Shown here one piece after another: positions 29,471 through 43,698 of a DNA stretch of 64,000 nt. Location: contig CM022675.1 in NCBI GenBank assembly GCA_012295275.1, forward strand, positions 6,510,001-6,574,000, read 5' to 3'. The stretch is from Chrysomallon squamiferum. Its lineage: Eukaryota > Animalia > Mollusca. The notes under the pieces were generated by a model, which was not told where the DNA came from, made no database searches, and worked only from the letters and a program-made list of their open reading frames with translations. The position numbers were made by a program, and so were the translations under genes. The first letter of the stretch is position 1. Each line of letters begins with the position of its first letter.

Positions 29471-29990
29471 CAAGCCAAAGGTAAATTAAAACAAAATGAA
29501 ACAAAAAAAAAAAAAAAAAAAAAAATAATAATAATAATAAAATAATAATAAAAATAACACCTACAGCAGTTATGGTCAGATTAATTCAGAGTTTAATTAA
29601 CGTAAATTCCCTGCTTGCCCAGCTCAACGTGACACAACGTTTCCTTGCTCCGCTGTGGTTTGAAGACGTACACGTCAGTCCACTCCCACACATCGCGTCT
29701 AAACGGAATAATTTAACGACAAAGCAGCAAAACAGCAAAAGCCACAAACACGCGAATAGACGAAGGAAGACCTGCTTGTGGACAGAAATCGCAGAGAAGA
29801 AAGATTTTGAAAACGTCTGCTTGAAGATCGAGTAAAGGTTTCGATTCGTCAAACCTGAAATGATGCTGTGAGAGGCGGAAATGACGTCATATCGTTGAGA
29901 TTTTTTTTTTGGCTACCGGCTGATCGACGTCGAAAGATGATACATCTTGTTACACATATAATCGTGCTCTCTTTCTCTCATATTTCCTTC

Positions 29991-30005
29991 TTATTATTAT
30001 CATCA

Positions 30006-30076
<71 letters not shown>

Positions 30077-30229
30077 ATCGCTGTTGTTATTTCACATCGA
30101 TATTATCGTTGCCAGCATCCTGTATTTTACAAATAACCGACTGCATTCATAAAATATAATATAATTAAAGAGCAAATATATAAATAAATGAACAATAGTA
30201 TTAATAACGGTAATAATAATAATAGTAAA

Positions 30230-30284
<55 letters not shown>

Positions 30285-30299
30285 TCGGTAATAATAATA

Positions 30300-30359
<60 letters not shown>

Positions 30360-30438
30360 GTAGTAGTTATAATAGTAATAATAAAGAACAATAATAATAA
30401 TAATAAAAGTACCACTACTACTACTACTAATAATAATA

Positions 30439-30474
<36 letters not shown>

Positions 30475-30549
30475 GTAATAATAGTAGTAGTACTAATAAT
30501 AATATTAATAATAACAGTAATAATAATAATAGTAATAATAATAGTAGTA

Positions 30550-30583
<34 letters not shown>

Positions 30584-30593
30584 CAACAACAAC
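29991..30593. repeat. (TTA)n/(TTG)n tract followed by a long interrupted (AAT)n tract
   Basis: Direct reading. Other (AAT)n/(ATT)n tracts start near 1528, 3555, 22736, 35225, 35460, 43626 and 58674. Confidence 0.97.
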
Positions 30594-31651
30594 ATCTTTC
30601 TTTGTAATTGATCAGAACCATCCATCATCGGTAAGAAACAAGCATCACATTAAGTCGATGCTTCGAGGCTATTTTAATACTGGGGTCTCGATAACGGGAG
30701 ACTTTCATAGCTCAGGATAACCCGCGTTAATATATTATTATTTTGTTTCGTTTAAGTCATTGCGGAAGATCCGGCTTTTAGCTGCAACCCAGACACTTCC
30801 GGTAATTATTTGAGGTGTTTAAAAATAGAAAGTGGTTTGAAGCCAGCCAGTGTTATTAAAAAAACAAAAACAAAAAACATATAAAAAGATGACGAAGAAG
30901 AAAGAAAATGATGTGGTGAGTTATAAATAATATTAATTATAATATAAACAATTAATATATATATATATAGAGAGAGAGAGATAGAGAAAGATAATTATCT
31001 TTTATTGTTGGTTTCATAATCATACTCTTGTTGTTCACTTATAATTCTTCTATTACTACTACAACTACTACTACTACTAAAAACAATAACTAATATTAAT
31101 TTAATTAATATTACTATTTAAAATATATAAAAATAAATAAAATAGTATTATTGTTTAGCTTCATTTTCCTTTATCAAAATGTACTCAACTCTGAATAAAT
31201 AAATAAATAAAAATAAAGAAATAAATAAAGAAATAAATAAAAACCAAAAAAGAATCAAAATAAAATAAAAATAAAAAAATAAAAAAATAAAATATATTGC
31301 AATATCATATCAATCATACAAGACATTCGAGGAGAAAACATCTGCAGTGGAAAAAGGGAACATGATAATTTCGTGATTTACAATCTCCATTTATAATACA
31401 TTTTGCTAATATAATTCTGAAATAACTTTTTGTAGGTGAAAATGTTTGAAAATTCTTGTATAAACTATGATAAGAATGTAGTGACTGAGTGAAAAACAAT
31501 ACAAAACAACATATGTACATCTGTAACTATGTACATACATACATACATACATACACATGCACACTAATAAACACACATACATACATACATTACATACAAA
31601 CATAATGCATATATACATATACACACACACACACACACACATACACTCACA

Positions 31652-31709
<58 letters not shown>

Positions 31710-32008
31710 CATACATACATACATATATTCACACACATACTCACACACATTCTTATTTCTTTACAAACGATTATCACTGGAAATTCTGTTGTTGTTGTTG
31801 TTACCTTGTTACAGAAGAAGAAGATGAAAAAAAAAAGAAATGCCCGAATACAGAAAAACTGCGGGCGAAAGAAAAACCGTCAAGAACAAGAGAAGTATAT
31901 ATGCACATTTCAATATACACATGTAAAATGAACAATTTATATCAGATTTTAGCAGTATTCCAGAGAAATGGTGAGCTGTTTTAAATAATATTAATAAAAA
32001 AATGGAAA

Positions 32009-32449
32009 TTAAAATAATTTTCCATATGTATTTCATAAAGATACTAGGCATTAAAAAGATTTCAGACAGGACTTTTAAAAAAAAAAAAGAAAAAAAAAGC
32101 ATCATCTAAATTTTTATAATGACGTAAAGATTACGTCACTGTTCTTATAGTAACTACATTAAAATAATTTTCCATATGTATTTCATGAAGTTACTAGGCA
32201 TTAAAAACATTTCAAACACGACTTCTTTTTTTTTTCATTTAAAAAACATCATCTAAATTTTTATAATGACGTAAAGATTACGTCACTGTTGTTATAGTAA
32301 CTACATTAAAATAATTTTCCATATGTATTTCATAAAGTTACTAGGCATTAAAAACATTTCAAACACGACTTCTTTTTTTTCATTTAAAAAACATCATCTA
32401 AATTTTTATAATGACGTAAAGATTACGTCACTGTTCTTATAGTAACTAC
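32009..32449. repeat. Triple tandem duplication of a ~145-150 bp unit
   Basis: AAAATAATTTTCCATATGTATTTCAT recurs at 32011, 32161 and 32308. Units are nearly identical except for the central poly-A/poly-T tract. Confidence 0.97.
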
Positions 32450-32485
32450 GCGCAAATGATTAGTATTCAGACAATGTTTACTTAC

Positions 32486-32718
32486 CAAGCCAGAATGGAA
32501 AGTTAAAATCCATGAAAGAAAAACATTTTGCTATCACTATCGTGTCAATTATTTCATCCTTGTTTGACCGACGATCACAGAATTCTGCTACTTCGGAACG
32601 CTCCGCCTATTTTTCACAATTTTCGGAAAAAGAAGACCGGAGATAAGCGACAGAAGATTCACGGTAATTCGCGATGTGGCTTCCGGTGATTTTCGGATTA
32701 ATTATTTCCTGTCTGCTA
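32486..32718 (-). other. Candidate distal 5' (first or internal) non-coding exon
   Basis: Strong donor TTG|GTAAGT (GT at 32485-32484) after a CpG-rich unique stretch containing CCGGAAG. Possible acceptor TTCTCTGTATTAG near 32720. The link to the GPCR is inference. Confidence 0.35.
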
Positions 32719-32833
32719 CTAATACAGAGAAGTACTTATTTTATTTAGTGTGGTCAGACGTCAAACGAACCAGAACAAAATTGTTTGACTTTCTGGAATG
32801 ACATTTGTCTTTTATGTCATTAGTAATAGATTT

Positions 32834-32945
<112 letters not shown>

Positions 32946-33166
32946 GTATTTATCTGCGTCTTTCTCTCTCTTTTTCTATTTCTATTATTCCTCTCTCTCT
33001 CTCTCTCTCTCTCTCTGTGTCTTTCTATCTCTCTTTTTCTATTTCTATTATTCTTCTTTCTCTCTCACGCACTCTCCTTCTGTCTGTCTGTCTGTCTTCT
33101 CTTTTCTCATCATGTACATATTTATATTTCAAACATGCAGAATATTAAAAAGAAAACTCTTTGAGT

Positions 33167-33220
<54 letters not shown>

Positions 33221-33532
33221 TCCTCGCTTTTTTTTATAATGTATCATTTCGTACAGCAGAACTTATTTCAGTATCTAGAAACATTTACCTAGAACAGTAA
33301 CGATAAGCTCTGGTAGGTCAACGTCATCTGAAGTCTCATTATACTGATCACAATTAATTAAGTAAACAAGCTCTACACAGCAGAATTGTGGCAGGCACAG
33401 CAATCTGATGAGATGACAAAAGTCACTACAATGACTCGCCAGCTGACCATTTTTAGCTTCAGTCTGGGTTCCTAAAAAAGTATGTCACGTTATTCTTGAA
33501 ATATTGAAGCAATATAATAAATTACGTGGTTG

Positions 33533-33575
<43 letters not shown>

Positions 33576-33765
33576 AATGTATAAGGTTTACCTGTTGTTG
33601 TTTTTTTTTTCATTATGTTTTAAGTAGAGGTTTTAAAATAAATAATGTTCTTTTGAGAAAACACTTTAGTAATAGAATATATTGACAAAAAAAAGATATG
33701 TCCTTTATACACTTTTAACATACTACAAATAACTGTACATTGTGAATATACAAACAAACATACGG

Positions 33766-34091
33766 ATACATATATTTGCACATGCACGTACTTAACACGC
33801 TATAAATAAATATGTTCAATATATATACACCCAACAAACACACAGAAACACATATATGAATACAAACACACAACAAAAAAAAAAAAAAAAAAAAGAAATA
33901 AATAAGAAATAAAATCTTAAAATTTGATTGGTTTTCTTAAATAAAACAGAAAACAACAAGAAACAAAAAAAAGATTACGCTGATTCTTTCGTTCAAGTTC
34001 GGTGACGTTTTGTATCATTTGATTGTTCAAAACATCATCATCATTCATTCAAGTTCGGTGGATTATCATCATCATTATCATTTTTCATTAA

Positions 34092-34139
<48 letters not shown>

Positions 34140-35240
34140 TATTATTTGGTTTTAGGCGATTCAAAAAAAAAGAAAGAAGAAGAAAATATAGAACGAAAAA
34201 TGACATTTCCTTTCTTGCATCGTTAAAATGATCGTAAACGTTATAAAAAGTAATAATAATAACAATAGTAATGACAGTAATAATAATAATAGGATGATGA
34301 TAATAATATCAGCAGCACTATCAACAACAACAACAACAGAATCAATATGAACTTCCTCAGTATTAAAATAAATAACCGTAAAAATAAGTAGTGTAGCTAT
34401 AACAGTTTCGAAACTAATGAGCAACAAAACATGAAGTAATTATTTACGCATCACACACACACACACCCCCCTCTTACTTTTGTTACTGATCGTAAAACTG
34501 AGCACGTTTCGAAAAAAAAAAAAATACTGTTTTTTTTCTTTGTTTTTTTCGATTGGCTATAAAACACACTAAGATAAAAAAAAAAAAAAAAAAAAAAAGA
34601 AATTAAATTTATTTTCGTCGTAAAATACGAAGATTCCTGAATGTTAACAAATGCCAAAACAGAACAGAAAAAAAAAAAAAAAAAATAATGTGCGAATCAG
34701 AGGGAGCTGTTGTGAAGCACGTCTACGACAGGGGGCGCTTTCTGACAGGCCAAAGGGCGTGTCTGTCGCATGCCAAAACGTTATTTAGTGCCTTTTGTAG
34801 CTAAATTATTTCGAAAGAAAACGTAACAATGCGTACGTAATACATGTATATGCACATGCACGTACTTAACACGATATAAATAAATATGCAATATGTATAT
34901 ACACCCAACAAACACACGGAAACACATATATGAACACACATACAAAAAACAAAAAAAACAAAAACAATTGAAATTAAAAATAAGAAATGAAATAAGAAAT
35001 AAAATCATAAAATTAAAAGAGAAGAAAGTATAATTAACACTCCCAACGAATTCGTTTTCTTAAATAAAACAGAAAACAACAAGAAACAAAAACAAGTATT
35101 ACGCTGATGGGCGTGAGTATTTTGTGATGACGTTGTTGTATGTCTTATTTGATTGATCTTAAAACAGGCTGCTGATATTCTTTCGTTCAAGTCCGGTGGA
35201 TTATCATCATCGTCATCATCATCATTATTATTATTATCAC

Positions 35241-35288
<48 letters not shown>

Positions 35289-35290
35289 CA

Positions 35291-35363
<73 letters not shown>

Positions 35364-35459
35364 TGGTTTCAGGCCAGTTAAAAAATTAGAAACAAGAAAA
35401 TTTAGAACGAAAAATGACATTTCCTTTCTTACATCGTTAAAATGGTCGTAAATGTTATA

Positions 35460-35521
<62 letters not shown>

Positions 35522-36243
35522 TGTGATAATAATATTAAATAATAATAATAATAACATTAACAGCAATAATAACAATAATAATAATAACAGTAATAATAAT
35601 AATAATAATATGATGATAATAATATCAGCAACAACAACAACAGCATCATAATGAACTTCCTCAGTATTCAAAAATATAACCGTGAAAATAAGTAGCGTAG
35701 CTATAACAGTTTCGAAACTAATGAGCAACAAAACATGAAGTAAATATTTACGCATCACACACACACCCCCCCCCCCCAGTTTTTATTCTGTTTGTGAATG
35801 CTTGTCATTTCTACAACAGTTTCGAAACCAATGAGCAATAACTATTTCTCAAAACACGAGGTAATTATTTACGCATCACACACACACACACCCCCCTACC
35901 ATTTTTTTATTGATCGTAAAACTGAGCACGTTTCGGAAAAAAATAAAGAATATATTTTTTATTTTATTTTATTATTTTTTTTGACTTGCTATAAAACACA
36001 CTAAGATAAAACAAATTTTTTAAATTTATTTTCGTCGTAAAATACGGAGATTCCTGAATGTCAACAAATGCCAAAACAGAACAGAAAAAAAAAAAAATTA
36101 ACGTGCTAATCAGAGCGAGCTGTTGTCAAGCACGTCTACGACAGGCACACTTTCTGACAGGCCAAAGGGCATGTCTGAGGCATGCCAAAACGTTGTGTAG
36201 CTAAATTATTTCGAAAGAAAACGTAACAATGCGTACGTAATAC
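33766..36243. repeat. Diverged tandem duplication: copy 1 ~33766-34839, copy 2 ~34840-36243
   Basis: Collinear shared blocks, e.g. TGCACATGCACGTACTTAACACG (33777/34851), GAACGAAAAATGACATTTCCTTTCTT, and CTAAATTATTTCGAAAGAAAACGTAACAATGCGTACGTAATAC (34801/36201). Confidence 0.95.
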
Positions 36244-36858
36244 GATACCGCAAAATGAGCTACGTAATACGTCACCGCGAAATGAACGTACGTAATACGT
36301 CACCGCGAAATGAACGTATGTAATACGTCGCCGCGAAATGATCGTACGTAATACGTCGCCGCGAAATGAACGTACGTAATACGTCACCGCGAAATGAACA
36401 TACGTAATACGTCACCGCGAAATGAACATACGTAATACGTCACCGCGAAATGACCGTACGTAATACGTCGCCGCGAAATGATCGTACGTAATACGTCGCC
36501 GCGAAATTAAAATACGTAATACGTCGCCGCGAAATTAAAATACGTAATACGTCACCGCGAAATGATCGTACGTAATACGTCGCCGTGAAATGATCGTACG
36601 TAATACGTCACCGCGAAATGACCGTACGTAATACGTCGCCGCGAAATGATCGTACGTAATACGTCGCCGCGAAATTAAAATACGTAATACGTCACCGCGA
36701 AATGATCGTACGTAATACGTCACCGTGAAATGATCGTACGTAATACGTCACCGCGAAATGATCGTACGTAATACGTCACCGTGAAATGAACGTACGTAAT
36801 ACGTCGCCGCGAAATGATCGTACGTAATACGTCACCGCAAGGCGATCGTACGTAAACG
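36232..36858. repeat. 28-bp CpG-rich minisatellite, ~22 copies
   Basis: Unit CGTACGTAATACGTC(A/G)CCGCGAAATGA(A/T/C), head-to-tail with no spacers (e.g. GTCACCG at 36271 and 36299). Confidence 0.97.
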
Positions 36859-37178
36859 TCCAGCTGTTATAGAAAATAAATGTTCTCAGTACACACAGCT
36901 TGTACTTGTCGTAAACCAGGATTTCAACACGAAGACCGGATTAGTCAAAACAGCACAGAGTTTTATTATTTTCAAAAGTAATAATCAATAAGTTCCTTAT
37001 TCAGAGATGACTATTAGTACACTGTTTGAGGAAAATAGCTCTCGTTTTGAAAACGAGGCACGCTGAGAACAACAACCTGGCAATTATTTTAGCGAATATA
37101 TCTGAAATCTATGGATGAGTTTTCTCATTGTGTTATGAGTGTATGTATGTGTGTATGCGTGTATGTGTGTGTGTCTGC

Positions 37179-37219
<41 letters not shown>

Positions 37220-37466
37220 AATTATTAACAGACGTATTCAGTATATTTTCAAACAGATGAGTAATTACACCCTCAAACTATTTCTACAAAAAAAAAAAAA
37301 AAAAAAAAAAACTTTTTGACATGTGCGACTTTTCTGATAATAACTTGGGGGTTTATTATTTTTTAATGGAATTCCTTAATTTTCGTCTGATATAGTATGT
37401 TAAGTTTATTGTTGTGTTTTGTTGTGTTTCTAGCCAAATATAATAATAGAACACAACATACAAAAC

Positions 37467-37527
<61 letters not shown>

Positions 37528-37902
37528 TTATTATGCTATGTATTCTACTACTTTATACAATGTAATTTTGTGTCTATCATATTATTATACTTGTACTGTA
37601 TGATATAATATTGATCAGCATTAATGAAACTATGCTACATAGTACAGTACTCTATTCTTAACCTATCGCATTCTGAGGCACTGTATTATGGTTTATAGAA
37701 TTTTACTGAATTAGCATTGTATTTCTTCACGTTATGTTGTTATCATATTGTATTGTATTTTATTCTCTCGTCTAATATCCTATTATATTATTTTATAGTA
37801 TAGTATACTATAGTATAGTATAGTATAGTATAGTATATTAATAGCATATTGTAATTAATCATGTTGTTTTGTATTTATTGTTGGTTCACTGGAGATGTAA
37901 TT

Positions 37903-37999
<97 letters not shown>

Positions 38000-38478
38000 G
38001 TCTCTACATGAAATGTAAAGTGCAATGAAAATCATTAAAAGAAAAAATTTAAATTATAAAAACGATATTCTAAGAAAGGTTCTAAAAAAAAATCCTAGAG
38101 AAATATATTACCTACCGCTCAGATTTGATTTAATATTTCGTGTCTTTTATTTTTTAGTGTTGTTTTTTTTTTTCAACCACAAGAGAGTAATAATTTTCTT
38201 CATCAAAAGAAAATATTTGCTTATGCAGGTAAATTTGTTGCTTTCCAGTGAGATAACCGATAAGCTGGTTTTTAAAACAAGTTTCGACTGAATTCTAAGT
38301 GTTTGTGGGGGGGGGATGTTTTTTGTTTGTTGTTTTACGATTATTCTGGATTCGAAGAGAGAATTACAGGCTTGTTTCTTTTTAAATGAAAGGAAACGAC
38401 AGAAGACTCTGCTTGTCCGAACATAAAGTTGATAAAGAAGCAATCTGATAAGGTAAAAAGAATTTACAAAATCTTGTG

Positions 38479-38624
<146 letters not shown>

Positions 38625-39406
38625 AAGAGGATTAATAAAGTCAGCTGTCAGCTCATAAACAAATAAATAAATAAAAAGAAGAACAAAAGAAAGAAAAAAG
38701 ATTGTACACGGAAAGAAACAACAAGAAACAAACAAATAATAATTGGTCTGTCTGTCGATATTCTTGTTTCTATATTTACTGTTATTGCTTATGTACATGT
38801 TACCAACTCTCACGTTCCACTCCCACTATAAGTAGATATATCTCTAAGGTATGTGTTGCTGTAAGTAACAATACATGTCCTCAGAGAAACACGCCTATGA
38901 AAATATTCGCGGAACACAGATCTGAATGACAAACAGCTCTCGATAGATTCCAAGATGTATTTTTGTCTCCTTAATCATGTCTAAATGAGACGAAATTGGC
39001 TCTGGAATCCTTAGAGAAAATAAAAACAAGATGAGCATACAAAAGAAACACAATAATAACCACATTTCAGTTCGTTTGTCCTTGAGCAATAGACAATCGA
39101 AACTATTTTAACAAAAATGTGTTACTTGGTTGGGCCAATCGAACGCGTCCACCTTTCCAAAAGCAAGATGGCGGAATTTCCTGTGCACGTTATATTTCCT
39201 AGCTGGAGGTCAAGTATAAGTTTCTAATTGACAATAAAGATGCAAGATGAGGAAGAACTATTCAGTAACTTAGCTAATTAAAATAATTTTAGCTTTGTTA
39301 ACAAGAAGACTCCGACGCATTGAGATCTCTAACCCCCGAAGCTACACACATTTTTCATTTTCCTTCCTCGCGAAAATAATGTTTCTTTAAGAATTACATC
39401 GTAGTT

Positions 39407-39502
<96 letters not shown>

Positions 39503-39854
39503 GTTTTATTAACTTACCCCAGTTGTTATTTCAAAGGTAATCCGCTTGAAGCAGTCTGAAAAAGATAAGAAAAACGAATTCATAAACACTTTGTGTTTGT
39601 TTTTAAGAAGAAAAAGAAAATCATTATAAAGTAGAAAAATAATTCGATATTAAAAACCTTTTGATTCAAAATGATGATGTGATAATAACAGTAATGTTGC
39701 TGTTATTGCATTTATTTAGTTAATTATATTATTAGTATGATTTCCGTTGGTTCTAAAACACCAACGTATCATTACATGAACTTTTATTACTACTTCAGCT
39801 GCTGCTGCTACTACTACTACTACAACTACAACTACAACTACAACTACAACTACA

Positions 39855-39888
<34 letters not shown>

Positions 39889-40237
39889 TTACTACTACTA
39901 CTACTACAATATTAGTTTTGCAACTGCTTCCACCATTACGACTAGTTTCACAAAAATCTCTACTACTAGTAAGTAATGACGCTTTAACACAAATGTTTCA
40001 TTCTATCATTATTCTGTTAAAATTCACCAGCTCCGCTACAGCCCACAGTAACCTCTACTCCATCTATTGCTCTGCTACAATTACGACTACAACAACAACA
40101 ACATACAATGACATCCACCGTACTACAACGTCTACTACAACAACAACAGCTATTACTACCTGTCTTCACGAACTACTCTGTTGTGAAATAATATTCTATA
40201 TTATCAGACTGTAAACGATATTACAGTTTCTTTCTGT

Positions 40238-40269
<32 letters not shown>

Positions 40270-40459
40270 CTTGTCCCTCGCAGAATGGAAACAATAACAA
40301 CGCCCTCGGGTGACTGCTAACAAACAATTTTTTTTTTTTTTTTTTTTTGAGAAACCTAACAAAACGTGAGTTCGTTATCACTGCAGCATCACAGATGTCT
40401 GGCAGTCAGAGAGAAGTATCACATCTTGCAGTAGCTAGAACACTGCGCCGTTATTAACC

Positions 40460-40748
40460 AGATCTGATACATTCATAAACAATGCTTTTGTTTTCCTAAA
40501 GCCGCTGTCACACGGGCCGTTTCTGTCTATCTATCCACTGCATCAGTCAGTGATAGCCTCTTTGTTCAAATATGATGTCTTTCATAAACAATGCTTTTGT
40601 TTTCGTAAAGCCACTGTCACACAGGCCGTTTTTGCCTATCCACCCTATTAATCGTATTATTTGTGCTCAAATCTGATATAATTCACACACGTAAATATTA
40701 AATTTGTTTTCCTAAAGATATCGACACACCGGGCCATTTCTGTTATCT
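40460..40748. repeat. Three diverged tandem copies of a ~100-110 bp unit
   Basis: TTCATAAACAATGCTTTTGTTTTC(C/G)TAAAGCC(G/A)CTGTCACAC(G/A)GGCCGTTT occurs twice, followed by a more diverged third copy from 40671. Confidence 0.85.
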
Positions 40749-41317
40749 GCATGTTCATTCATTCATTCACCCGGCCGTTCTTTTGTTCGTTCATTCGTTT
40801 TTGTTCGTTCGTTTATTGATCAGTCCATCTATTTGTAATCTATCAGTGCAATAACATTCTGCACAACCAACAGCTGTTCGTTCATTCAACACATACACAT
40901 GCATATACTATACGCACCCACACATACATATACATATATACATTAAATGCATACACGCATATATGCCAGTACTTTCACAGGGATACATTTAAAAATATAT
41001 ATACAATTTTATGCTAAAATATATATATATATATATATAAAGATAATAGATAGATAGATAGAAAAGATAACGATAAATATAATATAAAAACATAAATAAT
41101 ATAAACTAAATACGTATGCAGTAAATGAAAAGATATAAAATTTCAAACTGTATAAATAAATGTTCGAATAAATAAAATATTTGTTTAAATTTACAAAATA
41201 AATAAATGAATGAATAAATGAATGAATTAATAAATACATAAATGAATGAATGAATGAATGAATGAATGAATAAATTAATAAATAAATAAGAAAATGAACG
41301 ACTAAATAAAACAGGAC

Positions 41318-41355
<38 letters not shown>

Positions 41356-43622
41356 AAAACAATAAAACTTTACACGAAACAAAGATTTACGAAGGTAACG
41401 TGTAGAACGTAACAAAGTTTGTTAGTTCCGTTCAAATTCAGAGAAGTAATTATTTCTACCAAACCTCGTCTTATGTTCAGACTAGAACATTGACACAGTA
41501 TGACAGGAAACCCATTTCCATGGCAACAAAATTTAATTAAGAGTCAGATGGTGTTAAAAAAAAAATACTTGGACACATTGTCAGTTTAATTATATGTATA
41601 TTTTTGTTTTTGTTATTGATCATTTACATACATGTTACTTTTCTTTCCCTTGTTGTTTTGTCTGTATTTTGTTTTTTTTCTTTCCATTGTCATTTTTTTT
41701 GTCTGTACAGTTTTATTTTGTCTGTGCATTGTTACCTTTCAGCACATTATTATTTTGCTTGTACATCGTTATTGAGTCTGTACATTGTTATTTTGTCTCC
41801 TTTGTTATTGTGTCCATGAATTTTTTTATTTTTTTCTGTAGACTGTTATCAAGCCCGTGTGTAATTTTCTGTATTTTGTTATTTGCACGTGCATTGCAAT
41901 TTTCAGACTTTAAAAAAAAAAAAAAAAAATTATTCTTTTATTATGTTATCTTTTTTTTCTGCATGTAAGAAACTAGACATTTAAAAAAAAAAAATTTTAA
42001 ATTTTTTCTGGTTCCTGCTACTCTGTAGGTTTTTATTGATCCGTAAATTATACACTTTTAATTTGTCTGCACTTGATTCAGTATCACGCTTTTTTTAAAA
42101 TTTATTTATTTATTTTTTTCATTTTCTCTATCACACTATTCATGTATCGATGTAAAAATCCATGCGACCTTTTCTGAACACAGTCAGTCTCCAGTTTGTA
42201 CTGAAATCACTTTTCTTTTTTTCTTCTTCTCTCGTTTAAAAGTGAAAACCAGTAGTCAGGCGAAACAGACACAAATTATCAATAGAAACTGAAATGAAAG
42301 AGTCAAAAATAATCTCGACTTTTGTATCTTATTAGGCGTTCACGTTATATGGGGCATTAGTCTGTGAAATAATTATATCAGGCCTAAACAATTAAAATAA
42401 ATAAATATATATATTATAGTTATTTTACGTGTAAGCCAATTTAAAAGCTCTTAAGGAATTTTTCGTTACTTTCCTGTTGATGAATCCATTGATGAATCCT
42501 TTTTGGTTGGTTGATTCGTTCACAAAGTTTTTTTCGTTGTATTTTTTTTTTTATATCAGTTATGCTATTCAAAAATAGTGAATAAACACTTGCTTCTTAT
42601 ATGTGTACGTATTTATGTATGTATTATGTGTTGGTGTATATGCATATAGATCTGTCTGTCTGTATAAATGTATTTCTGATCTCAGTGTGTTAGAAAATTA
42701 AGTGTTAAAACGTGGTAAACATTTTGTGTGTGTGTTTATTTTATACAAGAGGTGGAAACAAACAAGCAAATGTACATACATATATATTTTACGTACTCAC
42801 ACACAAATGCAAGTATGTGTACGTATATGTATGTATTCGTATACGTGTATGTATATATGCATATATATATATGTTTATAAGTATGTATGTATGCATGTAT
42901 ATATGAACATGTATGTTTGTATGTGTATATGTAGCATGTATGTATGTATGTGTGTGTGTCTGAATGCACGCATTTTACCTGTATTCGTATGTATACGTAT
43001 ATGTATGTGTGGGCGTATGTACACGTGTGCAGATCTGTTTATACATTTATTATTTTATTATGAAAATAAAATCTGTCGACAGGAACGCCAGTAATTTTGA
43101 CGGCGGGAGTCGAAACATTAGAATTTTCTTGTTCAAGAACATAAGTAATTTAGATAACACAGTCTGCTTCTTATCATCTTTATTTTTTTTCTCATTTTTT
43201 TATATTTTATATTTTTTATCATTTATTCTTTTTCTCACAGACACCATCAAAACTTCCTACACGCTGACATTACACTAATTTGTTGTAACCTTTATCTTCT
43301 CGTCTTCTCTTCTTCGCTTGTTAAATAACCAGCTGAGAAGTTCCAGATAAGCCGAAGAACAATTTATAAAAACACTTACGACTTGGCGCAAAAGTGTTCG
43401 GAGAAAGCCACTGAGAAATGCACACAACAAGTGAGATGTTAGCAGTGAAAGGTGCAGCGTGGCCAAACTTACGTTCAATTTGTTTACGCAACTTGAGAAA
43501 ATTGGCGAGTAAAAAAAGCTGAGTCTGGTTTCTAATGATGTTTAAGACAGAGCAGAGAAATTTGCTGGTAAGCGTAGGGGAGATGTTGAAATTAAAAAAA
43601 CGGAAAGGAATCTTGGAAATGG

Positions 43623-43698
<76 letters not shown>

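Noticed and set aside
36232-36858. CRISPR-like array (28-bp repeats); likewise the 32-bp array at 51261-51995
   Set aside because: Units are contiguous with no unique spacers, there are no cas genes, and the context is eukaryotic. These are minisatellites.
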